From: Octopus bimaculoides
Lineage: Eukaryota
Assembly: GCF_001194135.2 (NCBI RefSeq)
Contig: NC_068986.1
Location: 8,696,459 to 8,760,458, forward strand
Length of the DNA: 64,000 bases
Direction of reading: 5' to 3'
Shown here: one piece after another, positions 26,033 through 38,900 of the stretch
Layout of the letters: each line of letters opens with the position of its first letter
How positions within the stretch are numbered: the first letter of the stretch is position 1
Position numbers and translations under genes: made by a program
The notes under the pieces: generated by a model
Database searches by the model: none
Seen by the model: the letters and a program-made list of their open reading frames with translations, nothing else
Told to the model about the DNA's origin: nothing

Positions 26033-26242
26033 CCTTTCTACTATAAGCACAAAACCTGAAATTTTGGAGGAGGGGACAAATTGATTGCATCAACCCCTAG
26101 TGCTTGACTGGTACTTATTAGCCCCTAAAGGATGAAAGGTAATGTCAGCTCCAATGGCAGTTGAACTCAGAATGTAAGGACAGAGAAAATACCATTGAGC
26201 ATTTTCCCCAGTGTGCTTATGATCCTGCCTGCTCAACACCTT
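25561..26242 (-). mobile_element. Head-to-tail trimer of family A SINEs
   Basis: Copies at about 25561-25773, 25774-26002 and 26003-26242, separated by (aat)n tails. Confidence 0.85.
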
Positions 26243-26612
26243 AATAATAATAATAATAATAATAATAATGCTTAAAGAACCTCTGTGGATTCTTCACTAA
26301 GGGGTGGGGTGTAGGTTGGAGTTATTTTAAAGCTTTTTGTTGCTAAAATAGTTAAAAGCAAAAACACCTGGAACCACACATGGCCCATGTGACCAAATAC
26401 CCAGGTATACATGTTCATATTTCAATCAAATTCTTAATATTTGTGGCAGTTCGTTAGGAGTGGCTCACTTTGCAATCACACGGTATTGGTGGCCCCAGGT
26501 TTGGCCAATGCCTTGCCAGTGGATTTGCTTGACAGAAACTGTGTGGAAGTTTGCTGTTCCTATATATATATATGTATATATGCATGTGTGGTATATCATT
26601 TGGGTGGATATG

Positions 26613-26652
<40 letters not shown>

Positions 26653-27660
26653 NNNNNNNNNNNNNNNNNNNNNNNNNNNNNNNNNNNNNNNNNNNNNNNN
26701 NNNNNNNNNNNNNNNNNNNNNNNNNNNNNNNNNNNNNNNNNNNNNNNNNNNNNNNNNNNNNNNNNNNNNNNNNNNNNNNNNNNNNNNNNNNNNNNNNNNN
26801 NNNNNNNNNNNNNNNNNNNNNNNNNNNNNNNNNNNNNNNNNNNNNNNNNNNNNNNNNNNNNNNNNNNNNNNNNNNNNNNNNNNNNNNNNNNNNNNNNNNN
26901 NNNNNNNNNNNNNNNNNNNNNNNNNNNNNNNNNNNNNNNNNNNNNNNNNNNNNNNNNNNNNNNNNNNNNNNNNNNNNNNNNNNNNNNNNNNNNNNNNNNN
27001 NNNNNNNNNNNNNNNNNNNNNNNNNNNNNNNNNNNNNNNNNNNNNNNNNNNNNNNNNNNNNNNNNNNNNNNNNNNNNNNNNNNNNNNNNNNNNNNNNNNN
27101 NNNNNNNNNNNNNNNNNNNNNNNNNNNNNNNNNNNNNNNNNNNNNNNNNNNNNNNNNNNNNNNNNNNNNNNNNNNNNNNNNNNNNNNNNNNNNNNNNNNN
27201 NNNNNNNNNNNNNNNNNNNNNNNNNNNNNNNNNNNNNNNNNNNNNNNNNNNNNNNNNNNNNNNNNNNNNNNNNNNNNNNNNNNNNNNNNNNNNNNNNNNN
27301 NNNNNNNNNNNNNNNNNNNNNNNNNNNNNNNNNNNNNNNNNNNNNNNNNNNNNNNNNNNNNNNNNNNNNNNNNNNNNNNNNNNNNNNNNNNNNNNNNNNN
27401 NNNNNNNNNNNNNNNNNNNNNNNNNNNNNNNNNNNNNNNNNNNNNNNNNNNNNNNNNNNNNNNNNNNNNNNNNNNNNNNNNNNNNNNNNNNNNNNNNNNN
27501 NNNNNNNNNNNNNNNNNNNNNNNNNNNNNNNNNNNNNNNNNNNNNNNNNNNNNNNNNNNNNNNNNNNNNNNNNNNNNNNNNNNNNNNNNNNNNNNNNNNN
27601 NNNNNNNNNNNTATATATATATATATAGGTGTAAGTTGAACATGTAGTGGTCTTTGAGAA

Positions 27661-27841
27661 CTCATGGAGGTAAAGTAGCTGAGTTCCTTTCGAGTGTTGG
27701 GTCTCATGGAGGCAAGATAACTGAGTTCCTTTTGAGTGTTGGGTCTCATGGCGGCAAGATGACTGAGTTCCTTTCGTGCATTGGGCCTCCTGGAGGAAAA
27801 TTAGCTGAGCTCCTTTCAAGTGTTGGGCCTCACGGAGGCAA
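27661..27841 (+). repeat. 42-nt tandem repeat (~4.5 units) at the start of a family C element
   Basis: ctgagttcctttcgagtgttgggtctcatggaggcaagataa units at 27679, 27721, 27763 and 27805; the family C body continues to about 27974. Confidence 0.88.
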
Positions 27842-27974
27842 TGATCAAGACCTTTGGCATTATGTCATGCTTGAGAAGACCCATCAGTCCAAGCAAGATT
27901 GCAGTCATGGCAGATACCAGTGTCACTCAAATGGCACCCGTGCTGGTGGCATGTAAAAGCACTCATTACATTCA

Positions 27975-28155
27975 TTGGGGGAAGGGATTAAGTTAATTAC
28001 ATTGACTGCAGTGTGTAACTGGTACTTAATTTATCAATCCCAAAAGGATTAAAAGGTAAAGTCAACCTTGTGGAATTTGAATTCAGAACAAAGCAGTAGA
28101 TGAAATACTGCTAAGCACTTTGCCTGGTGTGCTAACAATTCTACCAGCTCACCAG
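27975..28155 (-). mobile_element. Tail-less family A SINE fused to a truncated family C copy
   Basis: About 95% identical by eye to 25821-26000. Confidence 0.85.
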
Positions 28156-28716
28156 CTCAAGTGTTGGGTCTCATGGAGATGAATATAAACATTCCCATGT
28201 GGCAGGATTGAAAATTGTAAAGGGACCCCTCTTTACATGAAAGCATTGGTATCCTTGCTGGCCCACAAATAAAGTGTGTGTGAGAGAGAGAGAGATCCTG
28301 TTTCTGTGTGAACATTTGTGCTTCTACGAAAGTCTGCAACCTATGAGCAGTGATGTAGTCGCTTCTGCCAATAAATGATCCACTTGCATTGTGCCTTTTG
28401 AAGCTGTGTGGAATAAGAGGTCCTTCGCTTGAAAAAACAAAACAAAAGAAAAAAACAGGTAAAGCTTAGTGATTGGAAAGGCATCCAGATGTAAAACTAT
28501 TCTTCACTCACATATTCACCTAACTCATGCTACCACAGCAAAACAAGCCTAAAAACGAATGAACAAACTTAATTAAAATAACTCAATTTATGTGGCAGAA
28601 TTGAAGGAATTTTACATTTTTACTTGGAATGAATAGTTGTGAAAGACGAATATTCCACAACAGACTTTTGTAAGAAGTTCCAGATGTTTTCGGAACCAGC
28701 CTATCTTTTGTGTACC

Positions 28717-28950
28717 TTTCTTTTACTTATTTCATTCCTTTGAATGTGGCCATGCTGGGGCACCGCTTTGAAGAATATTTAGTCTTTTTTTAAATCTTGG
28801 TACTTATTTTATTGGTCTTTTTTGCCACACTGGTTGTCAAGTGGTGGTGGGGGACAAAGAAACACATGTACATGCACGAAGGGATTCTTTCAGTTTCCAA
28901 CTACCAAATGCATTGACAAGGTTTTGGCCCGAGACTACAGTAAAGACAGT
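28717..28950 (-). mobile_element. SINE family B, internally deleted
   Basis: ttttacttatttca...gtggccatgctggggcaccgc...ttctttcagtttcc. Confidence 0.65.
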
Positions 28951-29132
28951 TACGTTCAAATCAACCAGATCTGGCCTCTCACACCTGCCCTACAATGTCA
29001 TTCTAAAAATAATCACATGATTGAAACATTGAAGCTATGAGATAAAACAAGATTAATTCTAAACAATGTGAATAAATAAGCATTACATTTGATAGAATAA
29101 TCTGAATGCTAGCTTTATGTATAGGAAGTCAC

Positions 29133-29361
29133 TTAACCCTTTCATTACTGTATTTCTGTTGAGATGCTCTTTTTCTCTCTCAATTATTTAAAATATAACA
29201 AAGAATTTAGTAAAATAACTTAGTTATTATAAAATTAGTGTTAAGAACATAAATTGTGACTAAGTTTTGGTGGAAGATTTTAATTCAGAACTTATGAAAA
29301 CAAGACATTTGTACTACAGAGCCAGAAGAGGTTTCAGCCAGGTTGGTAACGAAAGGGTTAA
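29133..29361. mobile_element. piggyBac-type MITE (TTAA target, CCCTTTC ends)
   Basis: TTAA 29133-36, ccctttcattac...gtaacgaaaggg, TTAA 29358-61; 221-bp element. Confidence 0.9.
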
Positions 29362-30448
29362 TCTTTTTTTATTCTGTTTGAATACTTTGCATACTGGTAT
29401 TTGGTTTCAAGTTATAAAGTTTCTTCATTTCATTTTATTCACAAAAGATTGAAGAATAACTTCTGTTTCTGTTTTTTTCTATGCAAAGATAAATTCATCA
29501 ATTTTTAACTCCATCTCATCTATCTGTATCAATTAGTTTGTGCTGCTTCTCTAGTTTAATATTTTCATTGTCATTGGTTTTCTTTCACAATGGTTTCTGC
29601 ATAACATAATGTCAACTAGTTTGTTCTCTTCTCTTCTTTGATAACTTCTTCCTGTGTGTGTGTATGTATGTAGGCAGGTTGTAGGCCAGCCCTGATTAAA
29701 CAGGCCTGTCATCAGCAATGTTCCAACTGTGACTCTCCCATTTTGTATGTTTAGGGACCACGTTACCCTACAGGTTGTTTTTTACTTTAAGTTAGTAGGA
29801 TGTGAGTTGAAGGAACTTGACTGTTATTTCTAGCAAGTTGAGTGACCATGCACAGCTCTTCATTGGGTTGGTGTGTGCAAGTTTGGGTGATGTATACAGG
29901 TGTAGATATGACCAGGTAAGATTCATAGTCATGGTATATTTGTGCCGTCACAGCTACAAGGCCCTTCCTCTATCTCGACAGCCATAAAGTGCTGCCTGTA
30001 CCTTAGGCAAGTATTTCTGGCATGGTCTCAATTTAATCCGAATCTTATGGGTGAAATCAGGTTGATGGGAATTCTATGGAAGCTTGCCAGATCTTTTTAA
30101 TTAAGTGTCACTCCTCTTACTCTTCACTCTAAATGTGTATATGTATGTATGTCTTTATATATATATATATATGTTTGTGTATGAATAGAAATTTTACTTT
30201 GCACACAAGTTTTACGGTTCAGTGATGTAAAAATCTGCAGTTAAGCTATCACAAATATTTTAGATCAGTGTGTCACAAACTATTTTAATCATCAGTGCTT
30301 TCCTGTTAGCATTTTCTCAATGCCCCCTCCCCCTCCACTTCTGCAAGATTAAACACACTTTTGCTGTCTACAGACCAGTTACCAGGAAAGGATTATTTTA
30401 TACATCAGTCATAGCATCACTAGAATATGGAATGTCAATGCTGGTTGA

Positions 30449-30640
30449 TCATCATCATCATTTAACGCCTGTTTCCCATGATGACATGGGGCTGGATAGT
30501 TTGACCGGAGGTGGCCAGCTGGGGGGCTACACCATGCCCCAGTTGTCTGTTTTGGCATGGTTTCTGTGGCTGGAGGATCCTTCTAGTGCCAACCGCTTAC
30601 AAGGGTTCTGGGTGCTTTTTATGTGGCACCAACATGGGTG
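30449..30640 (-). mobile_element. SINE family C tail
   Basis: catcatcatcatttaacgcctgtttcccatg...gggtgctttttatgtggcacc. Confidence 0.75.
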
Positions 30641-30709
30641 CAGTTAGATATATGTTTGCTTACTTGGGAGCACCTGCTTTGGGAAATTCTGTCTTAGATA
30701 TTTGTTCAA

Positions 30710-30934
30710 TAATAATAATAATAATAATAATAATGATGATGATTTCAAATTTTGGCACAAGGCCAGCAATTTTGGGGGAGGGGATAAGTCGATTACATTG
30801 AAAACCCCCGCCCCCATTGTTCAGCTGGTATTTATTTTATCAATGCTGAAAGAATGAAAGACAATGTTGACCTCAGTAAAATACTGCTAATCATTTTGCC
30901 TGGTTGGCTAACGATTCTACCAGCTCACTGCCAT
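30710..30934 (-). mobile_element. SINE family A, internally deleted
   Basis: (aat)n, tttggcacaaggccagcaattttggggg...gctaacgattctaccagctcac. Confidence 0.78.
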
Positions 30935-30941
30935 AATAGTA

Positions 30942-30973
<32 letters not shown>

Positions 30974-31589
30974 GAGCAATCATTATAATGGTGATAGTTT
31001 ATTTATGATGATGAATAACAACAACAGCAATCTTTATAATGGTGATGGTTTATTACACTTAGACATGAATGTGTAATTGTTGTAAAATGTAAAGTTGTGA
31101 CTCATTTCTGCCAGTTGTTTATATTGATTTCAGGTGATTGATAAAGGATTTTTGTCAGTATGGGTAATAAATAAGCAAACCTTTAATTAATTTAATGATG
31201 GTTGTATGAGTGATTAATGTTTAATTGTTAGAAGGATTTCTTTCAGTTATTTCTCTTGCTAAAAGACGAATAATGTTTTAAGGGCAGTATAACGTTATTA
31301 AAACCCCAGTTATGGTCCCACCAACTAAAAGAAGGAAGCTGGAAGTAACATAATTCAATGTTACAACAGATACCTCAGTGATTTTAGCAGGGTTTATATT
31401 TACAGAAGCTGATCAGGTATCATTACAGGATAGCAGTAAATGGAGTTAATTATAGGAGTTGATTTGACAATGCCTTGCTGCTGTTTTTGGTGTTTTGGCA
31501 AATCCTAAACACAATTGGATGTTTTCCCTCCTAGCTATTAAAGGAAGTACAAGCTGTCTGTCTGTTGTCTCTCTCACTCACACACACAT

Positions 31590-31745
31590 ACAGGAACTTC
31601 TACGTACCAAATATAATCACAAGGTTTTGGTCAGCCCGAGGTTATAGCAGAAGACACTTGCTCCAAGGTGCCACACAGTAGGGCTGAACCTGAAGCCGTA
31701 CGGTTAGGAAGCAAGCTTCCAAACCACACAGCCATGCCAGCGCCT
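31590..31745 (-). mobile_element. SINE family B head
   Basis: gaagacacttgctccaaggtgccacacagtagggctgaacc...ggaagcaagcttcc. Confidence 0.7.
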
Positions 31746-32048
31746 ATTCCTAACAAGCTGTTTAAAAATTAGTTTTGAGAAGAATTGGCTGGTGATGAAG
31801 GAAGTCCTTCAAGTTATCATTACACCTGCTGTAAACAGTAGCTGTATATAAAGTATTGCTGTAGATTGTGGCATTCTCTCAATGTTTTTAACTGATATTG
31901 AGTCAAAAACAAAACTGCAACCTTGGAATTTAGCAAGAATTGAGTGTCTTGTACCATAAATATAGCCCTAAACCAGCATTTTATCTTTATAATTTGGGTT
32001 GTTTTCTTATATGCCTGATCACCTTATACATCAATGTATATATATATA

Positions 32049-32369
32049 TCATCATCATCAAACGTTCGTTGTCCATACTGGTATGGGTTGGATGGTTTGA
32101 CCAGGGCCGGTAAGCTGGAAGGCTGCATCAAACTCCAGTCTGATTTGGTATGGTCTTCTATGGTTGGATACCCTTCCTAACGGCAACCACTCCGAGAGTG
32201 TAATAGGTGCTTTTATGTACTATTGGCACAGGTGCCATTTGCGTGACACCAGTATCTGCCACAACTGTGATTTTGCTTGGCTTGATGGGTCTTCTCCTCA
32301 AGCACAACATAATGCAAAGGTCTCGGTCATTGGCTTTGTGAGGCCCAACATTCGAATGGAATTCAGTCA

Positions 32370-32372
<3 letters not shown>
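32049..32372 (-). mobile_element. SINE family C
   Basis: Reverse complement aligns along the length of 39226-39536. Confidence 0.82.
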
Positions 32373-32453
<81 letters not shown>

Positions 32454-33597
32454 GAGTTACGGAATGNNNNNNNNNNNNNNNNNNNNNNNNNNNNNNNNNN
32501 NNNNNNNNNNNNNNNNNNNNNNNNNNNNNNNNNNNNNNNNNNNNNNNNNNNNNNNNNNNNNNNNNNNNNNNNNNNNNNNNNNNNNNNNNNNNNNNNNNNN
32601 NNNNNNNNNNNNNNNNNNNNNNNNNNNNNNNNNNNNNNNNNNNNNNNNNNNNNNNNNNNNNNNNNNNNNNNNNNNNNNNNNNNNNNNNNNNNNNNNNNNN
32701 NNTATTATAGGATCCCACCAAGCTTTTTTGTTTTCAAATGCATCCTGGATATATATACATATACTGTCATGTACACACACACACACACCGTTGTATATGC
32801 TTATATAAAGCTGCTTCTGCTATGCTACCAACTTGAATTTTCTGCATATATTCTTTAATCATCAGTAATGTGAATCGTCTTCAGTAACACATCTCATTAA
32901 TGATGCATATTAAATCAGGTTTTCATATAATTCAATTTACATTTTTAATGTTAACCCCCCCTACTTTTTCTGGGGATCGACTCCAATGAAATGTTTATAG
33001 TATTTAAGTTGATTACTTTTAAGATTTGGATGTTGTTGCTCTTGACTAATCTTTTTCTATTTATCTCTGGAAATATCAACAGAATGCAATTGGGAATCTG
33101 TGTGTGTGAATGTGGTTTGGTTGCAGGTGTATGATCGGATCAAAGCATATGGTCGTAACCATTTTCTCTTTTTAGTGGAATCTAAAACCATGTAATCTAC
33201 TGGGTGTGTTTTATTTACTTACACTTTGTAAGGAGACTTGGCTGATATTTCTAGCGAGTGAAACAACTTTGTAGAAGCCCACTTTTAGTCTTTTAAGATA
33301 TTGATGTTAGTGGTGGCGCTGCAGTAGTTAAGGCTATCCTAAGTATTTGTTACAAAATGGATTTAGAATTGGTTCAGGTCCTTGTCTATTGTTCTTGGAC
33401 ACAGTTTCACTACCATAGAATGGTGAGCTTGGAAATGGACTTTTCAGATTTGGAAAAGTTTAAAATTGTTATTCTGTTATGGATATTCCAGGAGTTAGAA
33501 ACATAGGGAGAATTCACAAAAAGAAAACAAAAGATGAAGACAGGTGGTGTAGACAACAAACAGATATATTAGTATAATGCTCGGGAATTGAAAAAGT

Positions 33598-33633
33598 CTT
33601 TAACGTTTCGAGCCTGCGCTCTTCCACAGAAAG
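33598..33633 (-). ncRNA. Degenerate hammerhead-like motif (A6U) in an unclassified repeat (~33525-33665)
   Basis: Minus strand: cttt CTGTGGA A gagc gcag gctc GAA ACGT T aaag. Confidence 0.3.
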
Positions 33634-36077
33634 GAACACAGAAAGAAACAAGGAGGGAAAATAAGTCAGGGTAGAAAATGCTAAAGTAATTTTATCATGA
33701 AAACCATTTTGGTATCGGTTTCAGTCGGAAAACAATTAAATTGTGGAAAAATTAAATGAAAATTTAAAAAAAAAAAATATTTCCATAGTATTCAAATACA
33801 AGGGACATTTTCCTTGTTTCTGCCTATCTCTGTCTCTCTTGTTTTCACTCTTGTGGGTTTGAGGTAGTTATGGATTTTTGTTATTGGCGCAAATGTCAAT
33901 GTGTTGGCCGAATGCTATTTTTCTGTTGTTCGGAATTTTGATCTGGAATCTGTGCAGAGCCATCCTTTGACGTAGACTGTTTTTTGTTTGGCCTATGTAT
34001 TACTCTTGACACCCAGAGCAGGTTAGTGCGTATATCAGGTTCTCCGAAGCACATGTGAAGTTACTTTTCACTNNNNNNNNNNNNNNNNNNNNNNNNNNNN
34101 NNNNNNNNNNNNNNNNNNNNNNNNNNNNNNNNNNNNNNNNNNNNNNNNNNNNNNNNNNNNNNNNNNNNNNNNNNNNNNNNNNNNNNNNNNNNNNNNNNNN
34201 NNNNNNNNNNNNNNNNNNNNNNNNNNNNNNNNNNNNNNNNNNNNNNNNNNNNNNNNNNNNNNNNNNNNNNNNNNNNNNNNNNNNNNNNNNNNNNNNNNNN
34301 NNNNNNNNNNNNNNNNNNNNNNNNNNNNNNNNNNNNNNNNNNNNNNNNNNNNNNNNNNNNNNNNNNNNNNNNNNNNNNNNNNNNNNNNNNNNNNNNNNNN
34401 NNNNNNNNNNNNNNNNNNNNNNNNNNNNNNNNNNNNNNNNNNNNNNNNNNNNNNNNNNNNNNNNNNNNNNNNNNNNNNNNNNNNNNNNNNNNNNNNNNNN
34501 NNNNNNNNNNNNNNNNNNNNNNNNNNNNNNNNNNNNNNNNNNNNNNNNNNNNNNNNNNNNNNNNNNNNNNNNNNNNNNNNNNNNNNNNNNNNNNNNNNNN
34601 NNNNNNNNNNNNNNNNNNNNNNNNNNNNNNNNNNNNNNNNNNNNNNNNNNNNNNNNNNNNNNNNNNNNNNNNNNNNNNNNNNNNNNNNNNNNNNNNNNNN
34701 NNNNNNNNNNNNNNNNNNNNNNNNNNNNNNNNNNNNNNNNNNNNNNNNNNNNNNNNNNNNNNNNNNNNNNNNNNNNNNNNNNNNNNNNNNNNNNNNNNNN
34801 NNNNNNNNNNNNNNNNNNNNNNNNNNNNNNNNNNNNNNNNNNNNNNNNNNNNNNNNNNNATATATATATATATATATATATATAGATATATATATAGATA
34901 TAGATAAATACACACACACACACACACACCCCTGATATTAGATAAGGTATTAGTATTTATGATGTACAAATTATTGCTCTAGTTTTTTCTGTAGTTACTG
35001 AAATTGTTGAGTGTATAAACAGATTGGCTGCTTGTTTTGAATTGGTCAGATTGATGTTGACGTCCCTAATGGGAATCCAATAAGATTTGAAAATCAATTG
35101 AGGTTGTTTATCATTGTTTCAGTGTACGGAGAAATAGCTAAATTAGCCTTGTTTATACATCTGCTATATAGGGTACATAGTTATGTAACGAAACCTCCCT
35201 AAACTAGAAACCCTTACCAGAAGTAGAATTCTTATGAAGGACAATCACACAGTATCAGTGTATGGCATAATATATGCAGTAAGACTGCTATAAACCAAGA
35301 AACCCTACACAACTTCAAACCTACAAGAACTAGAATTTCACTGAAGGACAACTTGGAACCATTAGAACACAAGATACAAAAGGTTCATAATCAACAAACA
35401 CACCTAATGGATAGATCCCTCATCAGCTGCCTAATGGATATGATTATGGTTTTGGCACCTGGGCATTAGCATTTATGCCTACAGAATCAACAGCCTTAAA
35501 GTCATAAATGCTGTCTGGGCTATTGATGGACCAGAAGCAGGAACGAAACAAGCACAATATGTCCATTATGTTTACACCTGTTTATTGTTACAAATATAAA
35601 CATCTCAAGCATAAATCATTTCATATGAAGCACAAGTTCAAAAATGTAATGTATAAAATAGAGAGAAATAAAATAGAGAGAAATATTCCTCAAAATAGAC
35701 ATTGCTACCCCAAGAATTACAGAGAACTTAAAAATCATAAAACATTAGAATGAATTAGCCAAATAAATGTAATGAGAAAAAGCAATTGGACATAGTCAAA
35801 AACTTAGGTTGCTAAAACATAAAATGGGAAATAATTGTAAAGAACTAGAATTGGTCAAAATAGATTAGTGAAAGAACATAAAGCATTAGACATTGGTCCT
35901 TAACTAACAATCTGTAACACATTTAAAACATGAAAACATAGAACGAACCAAATGTAAGCTAATGGAATAACCTCGTTTTCACTATCGAGTTTCAATTGTC
36001 TTGAAACAATGCATTATGGGAGTAAACCAGTGTAGACCAATATCTATGAGATACAAATTGTCATTATAGATAACAGA

Positions 36078-36267
36078 TTCAACCTTTTAGCATTTGGCTA
36101 TATCTGGCCCAAATATTCTACCTGTTTTCTGTTCAAACTGGCAAGATTTGGCAAGTCACAACTACCAAACAATGTCTTTTCTAAGAATAAATAATCACAT
36201 CAAAATCTTAAGGCTACAAGATAATGCATGATTAATTCAAAATAATATGAACATTTAAAGGGTTGAA
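36078..36267. mobile_element. Second TTAA-type MITE family, degenerate
   Basis: Ends ttcaacctttta...taaagggttgaa; internal sequence also present at about 28953-29112. Confidence 0.6.
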
Positions 36268-36771
36268 TTTCCACAAAAGAAAAAAAAAACAAAACAAAAT
36301 ATAAAAATGATATAAAATTGGCTAAAACATCCACATTGTAACAATACCCTAACATTTTAAAAACCTGAAAACATAATTAAAACGAATTGCAAACCAATTG
36401 AATAGCAGCATATCACTTTAACCATCCAGCATTAAACATCTATGATGTGGGAACAAATCATGGTAGATTTATAACTGTTAGATATAAACTTCAATTATAG
36501 AAAATATAAAATAAATATCCATTATATAAAAACAACATAGCAACACCGTATGCTGCAAAGAAAGGAGCCTGAGCACAGACGTACCATTTTGACATGAGCC
36601 TGCCTGAAGTCATCCTTGGTTCTATTATATTCTTTGGTTTTATGGTGATTGACTTCAAAATAAGGTATCAAAATTTCATGTTAATTCATATTTGAGACAC
36701 TAGCTGAATAAAGGCATAATTTACAAAATTCTTCATTATTTCTAAAGTTAATTTGAAATATAGCTGCAGAA

Positions 36772-37150
36772 GCACAAGTGTGGCTGTGTGGTAAGAAGTT
36801 TGCTTCCCAACCACATGGTTCCAGGGTCAGTCCCACTGCATGGAACCTTGGGCAAGTGGTTTTTACTACAGTATTGGGCTGGCCAAAACTTTGTGAGTGG
36901 ATTTGGTAGGTGGAAACTGAAGGAAGCCTGTTGTGTGTGTGTATATTTAGGCCTGCATTTGCACCCCTCACTTCACAACTGGTGTAGTCATGTTATGTCC
37001 CTGTAACTTGGGAGTTTGGCAAAAGAGATTGATGGAATAAGTACCAGGCTTTAAAAACATGTCCTGGGGTCAATTTGCTTGATTAAAATTTTCCGAGGCA
37101 GTGCTCCAGCATGGTCGCAGTCTAATGGCTGAAACAAGTTAAAGATAAAA
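36772..37150 (+). mobile_element. SINE family B, near full length
   Basis: gtggctgtgtggtaagaagtttgcttcccaaccacatggttcc head through ctgaaacaagttaaaga tail. Confidence 0.85.
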
Positions 37151-37529
37151 AATAGGCAATATGTTTCAACATAGATATAATAGGGAAAAAGTGAATAGCT
37201 CTCCACTGCCAAAATGATAAATGATAATGAAGCTATGAGCAGAAGTCCATAATTACTCCCTAACGAATGTGATATTATACACATCAACATAAAATAATGA
37301 TAATCTATCCACAAACTGCAAAGCATTTCTCTCAACTAATCGTTTGACAGACCTGGACTAGAAATTCTGAATTTTCTCAAAGATTTGCTGTCTCCCCAAA
37401 CAACACGTAAATTACTTAAATAACAACAGCCATAAACAAAAGACATGAACACTGCAATGCATTCAGACACAGACACTATCTCTCTTTCTCACTTTCACTC
37501 TATATCTCTCTTTCTCACACATACATACA

Positions 37530-37890
37530 CTCACACACACCATTTGAGCGTGATTGTTACCAACGTCGCCTTCCTGGCACGGGAAAAGACATTTGAACGA
37601 GATCGTTGCCAGTGCCGCTTGACTGGCTCCTGTGCTGCTTGACTGGCTCCTGTGCAGGTTGCACGTAAAATACACCATTTCGAGCGTGGCTGTTGCCAGT
37701 ACCGCCTGGCTGGTCTTCGTGCCGGTGACACGTAAAAGCACCCACTACACTCTCTGAGTGGTTGGCGTTAGGAAGGGCATCCAGCTGTAGAAACTCTGCC
37801 AAATCAGATTGGAGCCTGGTGTAGCCACCTGGTTTCACCAGTCCTCAGTCAAATCGTCCAACCCATGCTAGCATGGAAAGCGGACGTTAA
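37530..37890 (+). mobile_element. SINE family C variant with short internal duplications
   Basis: gtaaaagcacccactacactctc...gcatggaaagcggacgttaaacgaagatgatgat. Confidence 0.8.
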
Positions 37891-37979
37891 ACGAAGATGA
37901 TGATGATGATTCCTAATGTAAACTTGTTTATCCATTTGCATCATTAATCTTTAACACTTTCCAAAACTACAACAGCTTC

Positions 37980-38898
37980 ATTACCTCTGCTAAGGAAGGA
38001 GGTTATGTTTTCATTGACATTGGTTTCTCCGTCTGTGTGCAAAATAACTCAAAAAGTTGTGAACGGTATTTAATGAAACTTGCAGAAAAAGTTGGTAATG
38101 ACAAAAGGAACAGATGATGAAATTTTGGTAGTGATCCGGGAATTTTTATGGATTCTTGAAGGATTTTTCATTTGTTATATTTACTTTACATGAAGTATTA
38201 CATTATGTTCTTTGATTATCTCTCTTGAAAACACGTTCATCATTTCCACGTAACCTATGGTGGCGCTGCTGCTTCCAGAGTTTATTTTCATTTCTCTATT
38301 AGTAATTTTACTCTTGTATCTATCTTAAAATGAGCTGCTTGGCAGACGTCTGCGGGGGATGACATGACAAGCCTTGACTATTGAGATTGACTCAAAAAGC
38401 TTAGGTTATGCTCCCACCACCACCGCTTTATATCATCTGTATGATGTGGAAAATATTCCATCAACATTGCCCATCTTTAAAATTCGTCCAGGGCTTGGGC
38501 CCCCATGCCATCCGTTCACTACAGAAATGTTCGTGTCATATCACAACACTATGACAGAACTATTTCACCTCAATTGGCCCTGCCATCTTCAACATCGTGC
38601 CAGACACACACAAAAGAGGAAAGTGACTTTACGGCATTCAAAGAATCCCTAGATGATTACCCCCAACAAATACCAGATAAACCACCCATACCCAGATATG
38701 TTGATGAAAACAATAACCCTCTGCTTGAATGGGCTATGGTTAAGGGGTTTTTTAAAAGAAATCTTATGGCTGTGTTATTTTTATTTTTTGTTTTTGCTGG
38801 CATTGGTTTAGGAAATTGGGCTATTTTCAGCATTCATGTATATGGGTAGAAATGAGCTGCTTGGTGGAGGTCTGCGCTCTCCGAGTGCGTTTCTAGTT
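37980..38898 (+). mobile_element. Non-autonomous Helentron/HINE-like element
   Basis: 5' attacctctgctaagg...ggaggttatgttttc; 3' subterminal inverted repeat gcttggtggagg, hairpin gcgctc-tcc-gagtgc, then tttCTAGtt. Confidence 0.7.
38355..38750 (+). pseudogene. 3' fragment of a CR1/L2-group LINE nested in the Helentron-like element
   Basis: Frame-broken LKKLRL...YIICMMWKIFHQHCP...FKESLDDYPQQIPDKPPIPRYVDENNNPLLEW. Confidence 0.6.
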
Positions 38899-38900
38899 TA

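Noticed and set aside
25348-27841. CRISPR-like or other prokaryotic array
   Set aside because: Eukaryotic context; the repeats are contiguous tandem or SINE units without unique spacers.
35184-35592. Possible solo LTR (TGTAAC...GTTACA), with partial similarity to 41480-41530 on the other strand
   Set aside because: No TSD (agtta vs aatat), PBS or PPT; left as an unclassified repeat.
38505-38849. 114-aa ORF with a hydrophobic C-terminus
   Set aside because: Chimera of a frame-broken LINE 3' end and T-rich sequence, not a membrane-protein gene.
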